Of a DNA stretch of 64,000 nucleotides, positions 49,875 to 62,758 are shown one piece after another. Location: the NCBI GenBank assembly GCA_965644295.1, contig CBFFRP010000064.1, forward strand, positions 62,001 to 126,000, in the 5' to 3' direction. Made by a program: the position numbers and the translations under genes. The DNA is from Paraphysomonas bandaiensis. Its lineage: Eukaryota > Protista > Chrysophyceae. Under the pieces are notes generated by a model, which saw nothing but the letters and a program-made list of their open reading frames with translations, was not told the origin of the DNA and searched no databases. Numbering within the stretch: the first letter of the stretch is position 1; each line of letters starts with the position of its first letter.

Positions 49875-50811
49875 TCATTTACGGTAAACCATTACATAAT
49901 ATGCACAAACTACCGCAACTATGCACACCAGGAAGCTCACAATTCCAACAATTTGGTTTCTGGACAGTGATGACGTCACCCTATTAGGAGTAGAAGTTGA
50001 CTCTTCACTCTTCAGACGTCCTCTCCACACTTCTTTATCTTTTTGTCTATTTCTATTGATCCCATCTTTGGCTTCCTTTAGCAATGTCTGAATCCCTCTG
50101 TCAACAGGTAGAGCTTGAGAAGCCTCGGCAAGGCATGTATGGGCCGCTTCATACTCTTCCATGCATAGTAAAGCTAGAAAATACATGTAAGTTCACTCTA
50201 TGCAACGCATGTCATAATACACCTACACCATCGAGAGAAACTAAACAAATTAGAATGTTTGATTACCTTTTCCTTCTAGATATTTGGCCTTTGCAAGGGT
50301 CATCTCAGTGGTTTTGGAATGAACAGCATTTTTAGCATGTTTAATAGCCTCCCTGTACTTCTTCAGCTTCAGGTTACACCTTGACAGATATCAATACAGT
50401 AATATACAGACCACTATAATTCATAGAGCATACCTTGCCAAATTCAAATGTACAGGATCACTAGCATCTCTAATCTAACCACACCATCCATACTATTAAT
50501 CAATCAATCTCTATATAATCCATCAATACACTTACAGCATTCGTATGTTCATTCGTCATATCAAATTTCATTTTAGCATTATCAAAATTAAGATGAACTA
50601 ACGCTCTTTCATATAATTGAATGGCTTCTTCAATTCTATTATTATCATATAATTCATTGGCAGCTTGTCGTATATAAGCTGCTTGACCAACACGGACCTC
50701 AAAGATGCCTGCAGAAGGGGCTGTGAGCATCTCTTCCATTGTGGGAGGACGTTTTTGGGCAACTGGACGAGCCCGTGAAGGTTTAATTTCTTTTGGATCT
50801 GTATTATCCAT
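49875..50811 (-). CDS. TPR protein with C-terminal tail anchor, multi-exon
   Basis: RQAANELY..AIQLYERAL, VHLNLARCNLKLKKYREAI TPRs; ends IVGIVSFLVCIVAVVCAYYVMVYRK. Confidence 0.75.
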
Positions 50812-52154
50812 ATGGTTTAGTTTGGTGTGTATAGATATGTGTGTGTGTATATAACTAGAGGATCATGCAGTGTCTACCCCTCTATATATGCACATGTATG
50901 TATATCGATCTCTCTTCTCGAAGTATCATACATAGCTATACATACATATACACATACATACATCTTCTATGTCTATGTCTGCTGTACCTCTACAGCAGTA
51001 TAGTTATACCAGTACACACTCATACTCCTCTATCTGTACATACAGTACCTACCGACTGTACCTATCTACGTATGTATATATACATATGTACAGATCCACT
51101 GAACACACAGGTACATACTCACACCGTTAGACTGGTCGGATACTTAAGATCATGCATCCACATATATGATCAATTATATGAATACTAGACCACACGATGC
51201 AGACATATCCTCACAACAAGATAAATAGAATGCACAGGGAATCAACTCAAGGGTCTTATCGAATAGTCTGACTATAGTCAGGTGTCCCACCAATAAAATG
51301 CTACTGCACACATAAGCTAAAGCACACAACACAAACTATACACAGTTCGACTGGAGTCCCCTTTGAAACAACTCCGAAATTACTTCATTTTAAATAATGC
51401 TTATATTTTCAGTGCAATGATCTCATTAAGTTGTCAGTAATGCTTGATGATGCTGCTCATGACATCATTCCACCGTCAGACGTCAATCACTTTGTATTGA
51501 TGTGGAACACGGGAAAGTTTGAAGTTTACTAATGAACCAAATCACTGAACCCAAGAATGTATCTCATTCAGAAATTAGAGTTCACTATATAAACTTCGTC
51601 TACTGTTAGAAAAAAATGACATCGGATAAATAGTGGATGTATCCTCCTGTATCCTACTAATAAGGATTTCTGTTTTTATATTTCTAAGTATACTATTTCT
51701 AAATATTATTCAACTTATCCTAATTGGGTGAATTTACCCTTGTCAAGTAATAAACAATTCAACATTTGCATTCATTTATTGATGATTAATGTCTAGGAAG
51801 ATTCCATCAACACCTAGTTATTGCAAACTGAAATATGAATAATTTAAGGACTAGATTTCAACCATTTGACTACTCTGTACATCAAATTGACTTGATTCAA
51901 TAATAGGTCACTTAAGGAGGGCGATAGACAAAGGTATAAAAATCAGTGCGAGTATTCAGCGTTACAGATGGTGAAGCCGTGAAGCGATAAGTAATCAAAG
52001 AGAGCGATATCTTCTTCGTTTCGGTTGATGTGAGAAGAATCTCCCGGTTGAAGAGAAGTAGTGGTACAAACACAACATAGCCATTGTATAATATATACAA
52101 ATGAAGTTTATGCTGAATTATATACGAAAATTAAATACGTATCCAGTATCCACA

Positions 52155-52295
52155 TATCGGCAGTCAGCATCTTACTTTATATTGAATCAAAATTCATCTA
52201 TATTACTAACATACAACTACGGCTGTAATACACATAATTGTTGTCTCAATATATGAGGCATCTTTGAACAAAAGTATACAAAGGATGCCGATACG
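52155..52295 (-). mobile_element. ~140 bp structured MITE-like element, copy 7
   Basis: Termini tatcggca / tgccgata. Confidence 0.9.
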
Positions 52296-52485
52296 CAAGC
52301 CTGCTTTATGTACGTTTTCGAATGATTGCTACATTTGCGTAACAAAACCACATATCGCAAGCAATATTATTATTAGCCGACAATATAACAATAAACAAAA
52401 CTCCCACAGAAGTGATAACCAAGACAACGTTCAAAAGTACGAATTCTAATCCTGGTGACTACAGGGTTCATCACAGAAGCGTTAA

Positions 52486-53247
52486 TTACGCCTTCTTCTG
52501 GAGAGTAGCGGAAAGCCAATCCAGCCCCTCGTACAGACCATCTCCAGTGGTAGCACAACATGCCTGGATATACCACTGTCTATGGCGGAGACCATGTAGG
52601 CCGAGCTTATCTGTCATCTCAGCAGCACTCATGGCATTCGGAAGATCCTGTTTGTTAGCGAATACCAGGAGGATCGAGTCACGAAGTTCATCCTCATTGA
52701 GCATTCTATGAAGTTCATCGCGTGCTGCACGAATAAAAATGTTACACCAATCGGTTTCACTTTTCTCGGCTATACTTACCAGCATCAATACGATCCCGAT
52801 CATTTGAGTCGACAACAAATATCAATCCTTGCGTATTTTGATAGTAGTGTCTCCACAGAGGACGGATTTTATCCTATTGCAACAAAATATGTTATCTTAC
52901 ATACCAAACAATATGAACAATGTGAACGTTACCTGCCCCCCGACATCCCATACAGTGAAGCTAATATTCTTGTACTCAACAGTCTCGACATTGAAACCTA
53001 CACACAAAATAACAGTAACAACACTGCTAATATATCAATACAAGTAATGTACCAATAGTGGGGATAGTTGTTACCACTTCACCTAATTTCAACTTGTAGA
53101 GGATAGTGGTCTATATGCATATCTTTAGATGGATCATAAGATGCACATGACAGTTACCTTTCCAGCTGCATCCAAACCAACCATAAGAATGCGCATTTCG
53201 CGCTTACCAAACATACGTTCCCATATACGGGAAAAGTGAAGACCCAT
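52486..53247 (-). CDS. ARF1: ADP-ribosylation factor 1, 5 exons
   Basis: [30 protein letters not shown]|[26 protein letters not shown]|[27 protein letters not shown]. Confidence 0.96.
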
Positions 53248-53780
53248 ATTGTTATACTTTCCTTTAACTGTCTATCAACAAATATATGGATGATCTCTCG
53301 ACTCGTAGGGCTGCATATGACTCGAACCAAATGCAAAATTTGCTGTCAACATCCGATTGGTTTTGACATCAATCACAAAAAAACATCAGATAGAGATCTT
53401 CAATAGACACTATGAGGAGAAATGAAGTTTTCAGTTTATTGGAATTAGATATCGCTGAATTTTGATATATACAAGCCACCTTATTTGAGTATTGAGTATT
53501 CAGAAATTCAGTATTCCCACCCTAAAATACCAGTTTTAAGCACTGTATATTCCATCTGACATATAAAATGCCACTTTTTAGATACACATGACCGACCATT
53601 TTATTGGTTCAGATAATCAGCTGATTGGTTGTCGTGTAGAGCGGATGTATATGCATATATATACACACAATGCACATATAGGCATGTCGCATAGTTCTAT
53701 ATATACATCCTCTTAAGCAAGACAGTAATAGGTAACCAATCTCCACAAGACTTCTACTCGATTCCAATCATTAGCTAGCA

Positions 53781-54273
53781 ATGATACTATTAACTGGTCA
53801 AGATAAACAGAAATGCAAAGCATCATCTACTTTAAACCGTTCATCTGAATTTGCTGCAAGAAATATGTTCAATAGTGATGTTAATAGCTGCTGGAACTCA
53901 GACCAGGGTTCTCCTCAATCCATTCTTATAGATTTCGGAAGAAATGTGAAAGTTGGCTCCTTAAGATTGACATTTCAAGGAGGGTTTGTTGGACAAGATT
54001 GTGATGTGTTGTGTGGTATGAATTCTAGCGCATTAGAGCATGTGGAGACAATTTATCCAGATGACTCGAATGATTGTCAGGAATTTAGCTTATTAACAAC
54101 CACGGGAGCTATGATTGATGCAAGATTTATGCAAATATTGTTTCCTTCATCTACAGATTTCTACGGCAGAGTTACAATATATGCACTTGAGGTATGAAAA
54201 GTTTACTTTCAATTTAAATATTAATCCTCTCTAGGTATATGGTTCTGAAGGTGATGACGATGAGATTTCATGA
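53781..54273 (+). CDS. NR2C2AP: Nuclear receptor 2C2-associated protein-like (galactose-binding-like fold)
   Basis: SSTLNR, CWNSDQGSPQ, FQGGFVG, YPDDSN and STDFYGRVTIYALEV|YG; one short 3' intron. Confidence 0.88.
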
Positions 54274-54954
54274 CGATTTTTACATGACGACTTTGAACTT
54301 TAGAAGGGTACAGCAGTCTTGCAAGTTGAGTAGTGTGTATGCGGTTAGGACTAATGCTGTACATTCGGCCATTTTTTATTTTTTAGGTCAATTTGATTTG
54401 TGAATGCATTAGCATTAGAACCTACTAACAAGGTGGCTGTGTTAGTTGCTGGGTAGAGTACTACATAACTTTTACTAACTACTTGCAGTGACTCTCTAAA
54501 TATTTTCAATAATTTCTTTCCTAAACGATACAAATTATATATGCCAAGCAAAAGTTCAAGCTTACTATAAGACCATATATATACTAAGAGTCAATGCTTA
54601 ACTGTGATATCCTACTATATATAAGGCGGAGGAAGAGATACCACGAAAGCGCACGAGCAGGGTAAGTAATACTGTTCATAAAGATGATTACAGGGCCGTC
54701 GAATCCCAGCAAAAAGAAGATCTGATACCTCCCACTGTTTCTGAACTTCGTCAGGAAATGATGCCCTGTCTAGCAGAACTTCGTGATCTTTTTATGAGAA
54801 GAAATGATGATCCACTTCCTACGGATGCTCCTCCACCTGCTTATGATCCTCCACCTACTAGTAATGTGCCCCCAGCGGCTGTTGCCGCGTCGTTTCCGAG
54901 CATAGGTACTAATACTACTGTAAGTAGTAGTGGTAAAGATAGCTATATGCGTAT

Positions 54955-55690
54955 ACCAGATTAGTAGCTAGGTGAATACTTGCTAGTCGTCTACCTCTAA
55001 CTAGCTAGTACAAATAAATTATCATATATCCTACTATATAACGCTACGAAAGCTGCTTGTGCGTCGCCTCAAGCACCGAGTGCGACCACTTCCGCTTGGA
55101 GGGAGAAGCTCTCTATGGACGTGAGTCCTTGAAGTGCAGATGGAGTTAGTCAGGGGGCGTCCCTGCAAGACTTTGGGGTTAGGGTTTCTAGCCTTAGAGA
55201 CATGGGCGAAGGGGTGGACTGGCTGGGACTCTGTCGTGTCTGGAGATGGTGCGAGTCGCGAGTTGGACCTGGGGCGAACGAATAGTTCACGGAGGCGGCA
55301 CCATGGTATTTCCACTTGTGCAACCGTACTCATGTAATAATCAGACTTTCATAATTTTGTGCAGGGGGTGTGGGAGAGAGGGGAGAGGTATACATGTGGG
55401 GTGAGAGACTTAATGCAGGTCGTCTCGTTACACGCAGGAGGCGAAGCACCCGCGGCTTCCGTCGTGTGTTGATACGTTTCTGACTGTTGAGTTTTGCTGT
55501 TTGTGAGCAATTAAAAGCTGTAGTTTCCAAGATATTAGAATTATATCCGTTACTCAAAGAATACAGTAGTAGCTAGCTGTAGTATGAGAACCAATAATAT
55601 GATAGCCATTGTAGTGATAAAACTGAAATATACTGACTGTACAAGATAGTGACGATGTAAGATCGTACTAGAAATGGTTGGTGTAGTAGA
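54955..55690 (-). repeat. Decayed composite repeat (block Y 54955-55096, block X 55489-55690)
   Basis: Y matches 60775-60893 and 33175-33272; X (gagttttgctgtttgt..aaagctgtag) matches 62051-62230 and ~31950-32100. Confidence 0.65.
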
Positions 55691-56713
55691 GATAGAAAGA
55701 GTTGGTGAACGTCAATGAATGAAGTATGGTATCTCTTATAATTATATAATATTCCATATAAGTGTTAACAAAGGTCTTATTACTAAAAATGTCTATTTCT
55801 AACACTGACGTGTGTTGGGGGGAGTCTATATATGTGCTATGTGGCCCTTTGGGTGTGGTAACGTAACGGCGACTGCGGTCTTGTATCATTTGTTTGGCTG
55901 CAGCGTGAAGCGGCTGGAGAAGATTTACATTCATTGCTCTGTGGCTCGAAATATAGCCCAACACAAAACGCTTCTTTTAAGCCAACACCCCGTTCTGTAT
56001 CCATTGTGGCCGTGGTTACTCCACACTGGCTGGCCTTGCCTTGTTACTTTATTACTAGCTACACGTAACGGCAACTGCATTTTTGAATCATTTGTATGGT
56101 TGCAGCGTAAAGGCTGGAGAAGTTTTGCATCTGCTATTAGTAGAGTATGAAGTCCTCGGGAGTTTACAGCGCAGTCGTATTGCGCGTCCAACTGGGCCTC
56201 AGTGATAGCTCCCGTCCAGAATCGCTCAACCTGCGGTTTTGAGTGTTCCAGTACAGCCCTCACAGACGTTCGAAGTCTGACAGTATAGCCGCGTTAGTGC
56301 TAAGTTGAACTATACTCCTCTAGAGTCAATCCAGAAATAATATTAATTACTAACGAGGAAAAATACAAGATTTTTGCCTTTATTTAAAACATCACTACCT
56401 GCGCATAATTTCATGGATCTACCATCGCACTAACAGTAATCCATAGATTGATGGTAGAAATCAAAACAATTTAATAAAACGGACTCACAAAACAACAAAA
56501 CCAAAACAGAAGATATAATAAAGCAGATGTCGTTGCATGCTGCCCATGCTCATAGTCCGACTAATATAGAATAGGTTTTCAATTTTGTTGGCGATGAGTT
56601 TATAGCAACCACACATAAACATATAAATAATATGACGCATATATACGTAACTTACACATAATATTCATGACAGAGTCGAAAAAATTGAAGTGTCGTTTCA
56701 TAAAAAAATGTCA

Positions 56714-58092
56714 TTACAATCCAATGTAATCCTCTTGTACTGGTGCGACAGTATTGTCTACAGCAGTGTGATAAGTAGGAATAGCAAGTGGAGGATACCA
56801 TGGGCTATTCCCCGGTCTTTCAGACTTATAGTCAATACTTGTCACTTTACGCACAGATGTGGTTTCAAAGTTCGAAATATGCATGTTACGCTTTAGCACA
56901 GTCGGCGTCCCATGAGAATAAATATTCATATTTTGGTTGCACTGTGAGTGTGACCCATCGTTATCTTCCAGGAGATCTTGTTGAAGCTTGCCTTCGTGGA
57001 GCTGTTTGAACTCCGTGGTACGGGACGACGGGGACGAGTGGAGCTGGCTGTATGAAAATGGAGGTTTATTATCACTGAACTCCAGTGCTGCAGCTTGTGC
57101 TGCGTTAATTTTCTGCATCCAGATACGAGTCTTGAATAACGAGAATAGGTCACGCACTAACTCACGAAAGTCTGTGTGCCTGTAACAAATACGATTACAA
57201 GAGATATACTTCAAACAAACAACATACTTCTCCGCGGTGAATAAGAAGGTCAGCTTCCGACGATCGAACTGAAACTCGGCATCCAGCACCTTGATTTTCA
57301 TCCGACGTCTAGCTGCAAATTCTCGACATATATCCAGTGCCCGCCATTCGTCTTCTACCTTTGAGAGCAAGAAAGTCTTTTCCTTCGCGGAGGCTAGGGC
57401 AAGTACTCGGCGCACTGGAATGTCATGATATGGGTAACTGGATCTATTGGATGGAGAGACGATCTTAGATACGACCCCCAAGTCATGCCCACGATCTGCT
57501 TCCACTTTAACAAAATCACCGATACGAAATGTCGGAGAAGATCCGTTTAAGCTTTCACATACAAACATATCCTTTGTACGTTTGAAGTGAACCTAAATGA
57601 AACTTCTTAGATAAATACATGCAATGGTTCATGCATCCATATACCTCATACACATCCGGGAGGATAAACAGGTTCTCCTCAGCACAATCGTTCGACTGAT
57701 ATGTGAACATCTCATTCCTGTCAGGTGATGATGCAGTTGATAATGATCCTCTATCAGATAGCATATGATATATCGAGCAATCATCTTCAGATGTATCGAT
57801 TAAACTCTGTATAGTATGGATCTGTACATGACTGTGAGGGACATGCACTGGACAGTGACTGTATACATACCGAGGGGTGTGAAGGACTGTCATTCATCCT
57901 ATCAAACGATGTCCAACTTCTTCTTCGTTCATCTGTATGTTGATTCCCTCTATCATTGTATTGTAATGGGTAGATATCTATAGATGGACATGATGAGGAT
58001 CGTCTTGATTGATTTGTCTCAGTAATCTCATATGTATCATCTGAATTCCATTGATTGACATTCCCTGGATGATGTTCGGTCCATTTGAGCAT
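56714..58092 (-). CDS. PSP1 C-terminal domain (RicT/YaaT-like) protein, spliced
   Basis: GDFVKVEADRGHDLGVV, VLDAEFQFDRRKLTF and DFRELVRDLFSLFKTRIWM motifs. Confidence 0.88.
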
Positions 58093-58209
58093 GTTTAACT
58101 TAATGTAGAATGAATCTATTCACTTTATCTTATAGTTCCAGAGGTATGTATGTATAGATGAGATTATGAATCTATCTTACAGGGTGTTTCATATATAAGG
58201 ATCCCTACA

Positions 58210-58351
58210 TATCGGCATCCTTTGTTTATTTTTGTTCATATATGCCTCTATTATTGAGACAACAATTGTCTGTATTACAGCCGTAGTTGAATATCAATAA
58301 TAGAGACAATATTTGCCTCAATTTATTTACGAAAAATATGATGCTGCTGCC
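58210..58351 (+). mobile_element. ~140 bp structured MITE-like element, copy 8
   Basis: tatcggcatcctttg...gatgctgctgcc. Confidence 0.9.
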
Positions 58352-58434
58352 TCAAGGAAGAGTCGTATGTATATCCTTCTCCTTCTTATCTTCAATACAA
58401 CACTTCAAAAAATATCTTTTCTTTACTTCATTTA

Positions 58435-58557
58435 GAGTATCTTGAAAGGACAGTTATTTTCATTGGAAAGTATATTGAAATTTTGAAGACATATCCCAGA
58501 CATATCCTGGACTCAAAAATACCGTTGAATCTCTAGGTACACCCCTTCAAGATACTC
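58435..58557. mobile_element. Tourist/PIF-like MITE
   Basis: Perfect inverted termini GAGTATCTTGAA / TTCAAGATACTC; flanks TTA and TTT (imperfect TSD). Confidence 0.55.
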
Positions 58558-58705
58558 TTTAGATAGAGACAACTGCATTGTCTATATAGAGGGCTGGAAC
58601 TCTATTGACTGTTGCATTTATATATTGCAAATTTAAAGTCTCTTGCATTAGAAAGGCGTGATACACATCAATCTACTCATTCTCAATACATAGAAACTAT
58701 TCAAA

Positions 58706-60276
58706 ATGTCAGAGTTCGATCTAAAGATCTGTTGCATGGGTGCAGGCTATGTGGGTGGACCTACTATGGCTATCATTGCATTAAAATGTCCTCGTGTCAA
58801 AGTAACAGTTGTTGATTTATCAGCACCTCAAATAGCTGCATGGAATAGTGATTCGGTATATATGTATATATCATCTATAGACTATACTGTAACTGTAATT
58901 ATCATATGAACAGTTGCCTATCTACGAGCCTGGTCTTGATGAGGTCGTCAAACAGGCCAGAGGAAGGTAACCTTACCATCAAACAAGCCTCCTCATGTAA
59001 CTAGTTTATAGGAACTTGTTTTTTTCTACAGCTATTGACGAAAGTATTCAAGAAGCCGATATCATTTTTGTCAGTGTAAACACTCCTACTAAGACTAGTG
59101 GGATCGGTGCTGGTCGGGCTGCCAATATTAAGAACTGCGAATTATGTGCCCGTAAAATTGCTGAAGTCTCAACCTCCGACAAGATAGTTGTAAGTTGTTA
59201 TATGTGATGTGACATGTGATGATGCTAATTTATATATGGAACAGGTTGAGAAATCAACTGTCCCTGTTCGCACAGCCGAATCAATCAAGCGTGTTCTTGC
59301 TTCAGCCTCGACTCACAACTTCCAGGTTCTGAGCAATCCGGAGTTTCTTGCTGAGGGTACAGCTGTGGATGATCTATTGCATCCCTCCCGCGTACTCATT
59401 GGTGGCGAGCAGACTCCCCGCGGCCTCGCTGCTATCGATACACTGGTTTCGGTGTACGAGCAGTGGGTTCCTCGCGAGCAGATCATCACGACTAACCTGT
59501 GGTCATCTGAGTTATCCAAGTTGGTGGCCAATGCCTTTCTCGCTCAGCGTGTGTCATCAATTAACTCTATTACTGCACTTTGCGAGCAAACTGATGCAGA
59601 TATTGATGAGATTTCCCGGGCCATTGGGTCTGACGTCCGTATTGGCAACAAATTCTTGAAAGCCTCAGTAGGATATGGTGGATCATGTTTCCAGAAAGAT
59701 ATACTCAATCTAGTGTACATATGTGAGTCTTTTGGGTTAAAAGAAGTTGCAGAATACTGGCACCAGGTGGTTGCCATGAATGACTACCAAAAGCGCCGCT
59801 TCGCCCACAAAATGGTTGACCGCATGTTCAACACTATCACAGGCAAACGCATTGCTGTCTTGGGATTCGCTTTCAAGAAGGACACTGGTGATACTCGCGA
59901 GACAGCAGCAGTCTACGTAATGAGGGACCTGCTTGAGGAGCGGGCGGTGCTGTCCGTCTACGACCCGAAGGTTACTCGTGACCAGATGATGGTGGAGTTC
60001 CAGTACTCATGCAACATTACCCCAGAAAATTTCCCTCAATTCGACAATATGGTACTCACCGCCTCGTCAGCCATGGAAGCTTGTACTGGAGCTCATGCTA
60101 TTGCTGTGATGACCGAATGGGATGAATTTACTACTTTGGACTACGAAGCCATTTATTCAGTCATGTCAAAGCCTGCTTTCATCTTTGACGGGCGAAATAT
60201 CCTTCCTCACGATGAACTACGTAAGATTGGCTTTGAAGTGCACGCTATAGGAAAGCCCCAGAGAAATATCTTTTAA
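58706..60276 (+). CDS. UGDH: UDP-glucose 6-dehydrogenase, multi-exon
   Basis: [41 protein letters not shown] and [12 protein letters not shown] motifs. Confidence 0.97.
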
Positions 60277-60774
60277 AGAAACTGCGTGGTGAAGTGTAGT
60301 GGACTAGTTGTTCCTGCGTTTGGCATTGAGTATGCGATTAATTCTGATTGGAGGACATTAGTACTTAGAAGATATCTTTCATTGTGCAGTGGTGAATAAA
60401 CTAACTGCCAAGCTGGAATACCGTTATCGTTATTAAATTAAACTAGCAATCTAAATTACTGCTCTGTTCTCTTCTGCTTGTTCCGTGAACATTTCGTGGA
60501 ATAGTTGTGATGTGTTATGCGTTATGACAATCCTGCTAGGTTGAGGACACTATCTTCTTACTATTTCTATTGCTTTTTTAAATATATCATTGTTATTGGT
60601 TCCCGCTCTTACACTACCTTGTAAGATTTTCAACCTCTTGATTAAATCGTCTTCGCTTAATTCTTTATATTTTAGTTCTATATATTATATATTTTTGTTC
60701 TGGTTTCGCTCCTGATTTTGTATGTATATTGAAAGTCTTATTATTAGCAATAGGCGTTAAAAACCTGCACCAAC

Positions 60775-62230
60775 TTAGTAGCTAGATGAATGCTAGACAA
60801 ACTAGTTAGACCTCTACCTGTAACTAATCAGTACACACTTTTTTTATCCTACTATTTAACGCTACGGAAGCTGCTTGTGCGACCACTTCCGCTCTGAGTT
60901 CTTAAGGTGAACTACCCCGGATGCTTGACTACAGCAGGCAGCCCAATACCCCGGTTGCCCTTCAGGTGGGCCCTGTCCCGGATGCCCTTGAGGTGGACCC
61001 ATTCCCGGATGCCAGTTTATTCGTCAGGGCCCAAAGACGTCTACACAAGTGACACTTATTGGTGTCCCTTGTACCACACAAGCATTCGGCTATGAGTGGG
61101 CAGAAGAATATCTGCTGACTATGTTTGCGGCTCACGTTAGTTTCCCAGAGAAATAACTCCGGTACTTATCCCCCAGAACACCACGAAAAGGTGCGAGTCC
61201 GACTTTGTTGAGGGTAACTTTTAATGAATGAATGTGATATATATACTCACAAGACATACAACACACTAAACAAGACATACAAGCAATCAAACACAATACA
61301 CTTGATATATATATGCGGTAATAATGGCGCCATATATATTTCGTTTATTTCCTTGCTTGTTATGTAGACACAATGAATGACAATGAATCTTATGAATTAA
61401 TAAATATATTCTTTACGGCGTCGTTGCGTGTGTATACTAGTATATAATAAATAATTAACGAAGAAGCTAGCTTTTAGTACAAATAATCTCAGCTCTCAGC
61501 CCCCGCTAGTGTATAGTATATGGACACCACATATTTGAATCAGCTATCTGGAATGTAGTGATTCAAAGATAATATTGAATGATTGCTTTTACAAGCTTTG
61601 AATGGATATAAAACTCTTTGTATATCAGCAGAGCTCCACTGATCAGATTAACACATACATATTTTTTCTATTTCGACAATAATACAGTTTTACAGAAATG
61701 GTATGCTTCCATAATATTCGTTAGGCATAACAACATTTCTACAATTCAATATAGCTCACATTGTTATGTATCTGCAATAAAATATATATGACATATAATT
61801 TCAACAATACTTTTGATTGTACATTGTTGAGCATTGTTCATTTGCTGTTATTCTTATGTACATGATGAACGACACTAGAAACAATTAGACTGCGATTAAT
61901 TAGACTATTACATGTACAAAGTAGTCGAGAGTGACAAAGCTAAGTTGAGTAGTTATCGGCACGTGATATATGAGATCTACGATATAATCTAAGAGATATT
62001 TGGAGAAGTAATACAACTTATGTATGTGGCTATAAGAAACCCGGGATGTTGAGTTTTGCTGTTTGTCAGCGATTAAAAACTGGAGCTCTAAGGTATAATA
62101 CAGTTTCGATTAACAGTATTACTTGAACTAATATAATGATATGATTTATATATTTATATAGTGGAGATAAAATGTATTGACTGTATACGATCCCGTCTAT
62201 CCAAGATTGGTAGTTGATAGAATAGAATTG
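60775..62230 (-). repeat. Decayed composite repeat containing blocks Y (60775-60893), Z (60918-61208) and X (62051-62230)
   Basis: Each block matches copies elsewhere in the window; Y and X are in the same order and orientation as at 54955-55690. Confidence 0.65.
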
Positions 62231-62758
62231 TAGCAAGTAGCAATGAGTAATGAATAATGAGTGATGATGATTATAATTTTACAAATTGATTACTGCGTGG
62301 GTTCGATTTAGAAATCTTCGTAAGTAAGGGGTATATCGACTACAGGTGTGATGTGCAGAATCTGTGTGTCTAGTTTTCACTATTGTTAGTTAAAAGAATA
62401 CACATGTTCAATGCGAAGGATGGAGAATATATCAATAAATTGCTGATATTATATATATATGAAATCCAAATTGTCACTATCTACTCTGTATGATATTGTG
62501 GATGATAATATTTAAAAAAAAAAACTGTACTCTACAGCGACACCCACAGCCAGTCAACAACTGGAAAATATGAAACAAAAGGAGATATGAAATATGTTCG
62601 CTTATAAACCTCTCAGTAGCTATTTTCATCGTTCTGATATTGTTCCGTTTTCGTACTTCACTTAAAAATGCATGCAGGTTTCCAAATCATACAACGGTAT
62701 ATACATTTTAAAGCGGTTTAAAATAAGGTTACCATTCTACTTAGTCCCTTGTCCGTTT

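Noticed and set aside
2019-60276. Introner-type repeated introns or a non-standard genetic code
   Set aside because: The introns inspected are GT-AG and look mutually dissimilar; conserved genes translate cleanly with the standard code
60905-61010. Resemblance to an OMEGA/omegaRNA start or a CRISPR-like array
   Set aside because: Only 3-4 degenerate units without unique spacers; no IscB/TnpB/Fanzor/Cas ORF seen in the window; the units read as coding repeats
60847-61440. Helitron-like ends (aTCCTACTAT...CTAGt), with similar 5' motifs at 54610 and 55029
   Set aside because: Homology between copies extends beyond the TC, so it is not a terminus; the 3' hairpin is weak
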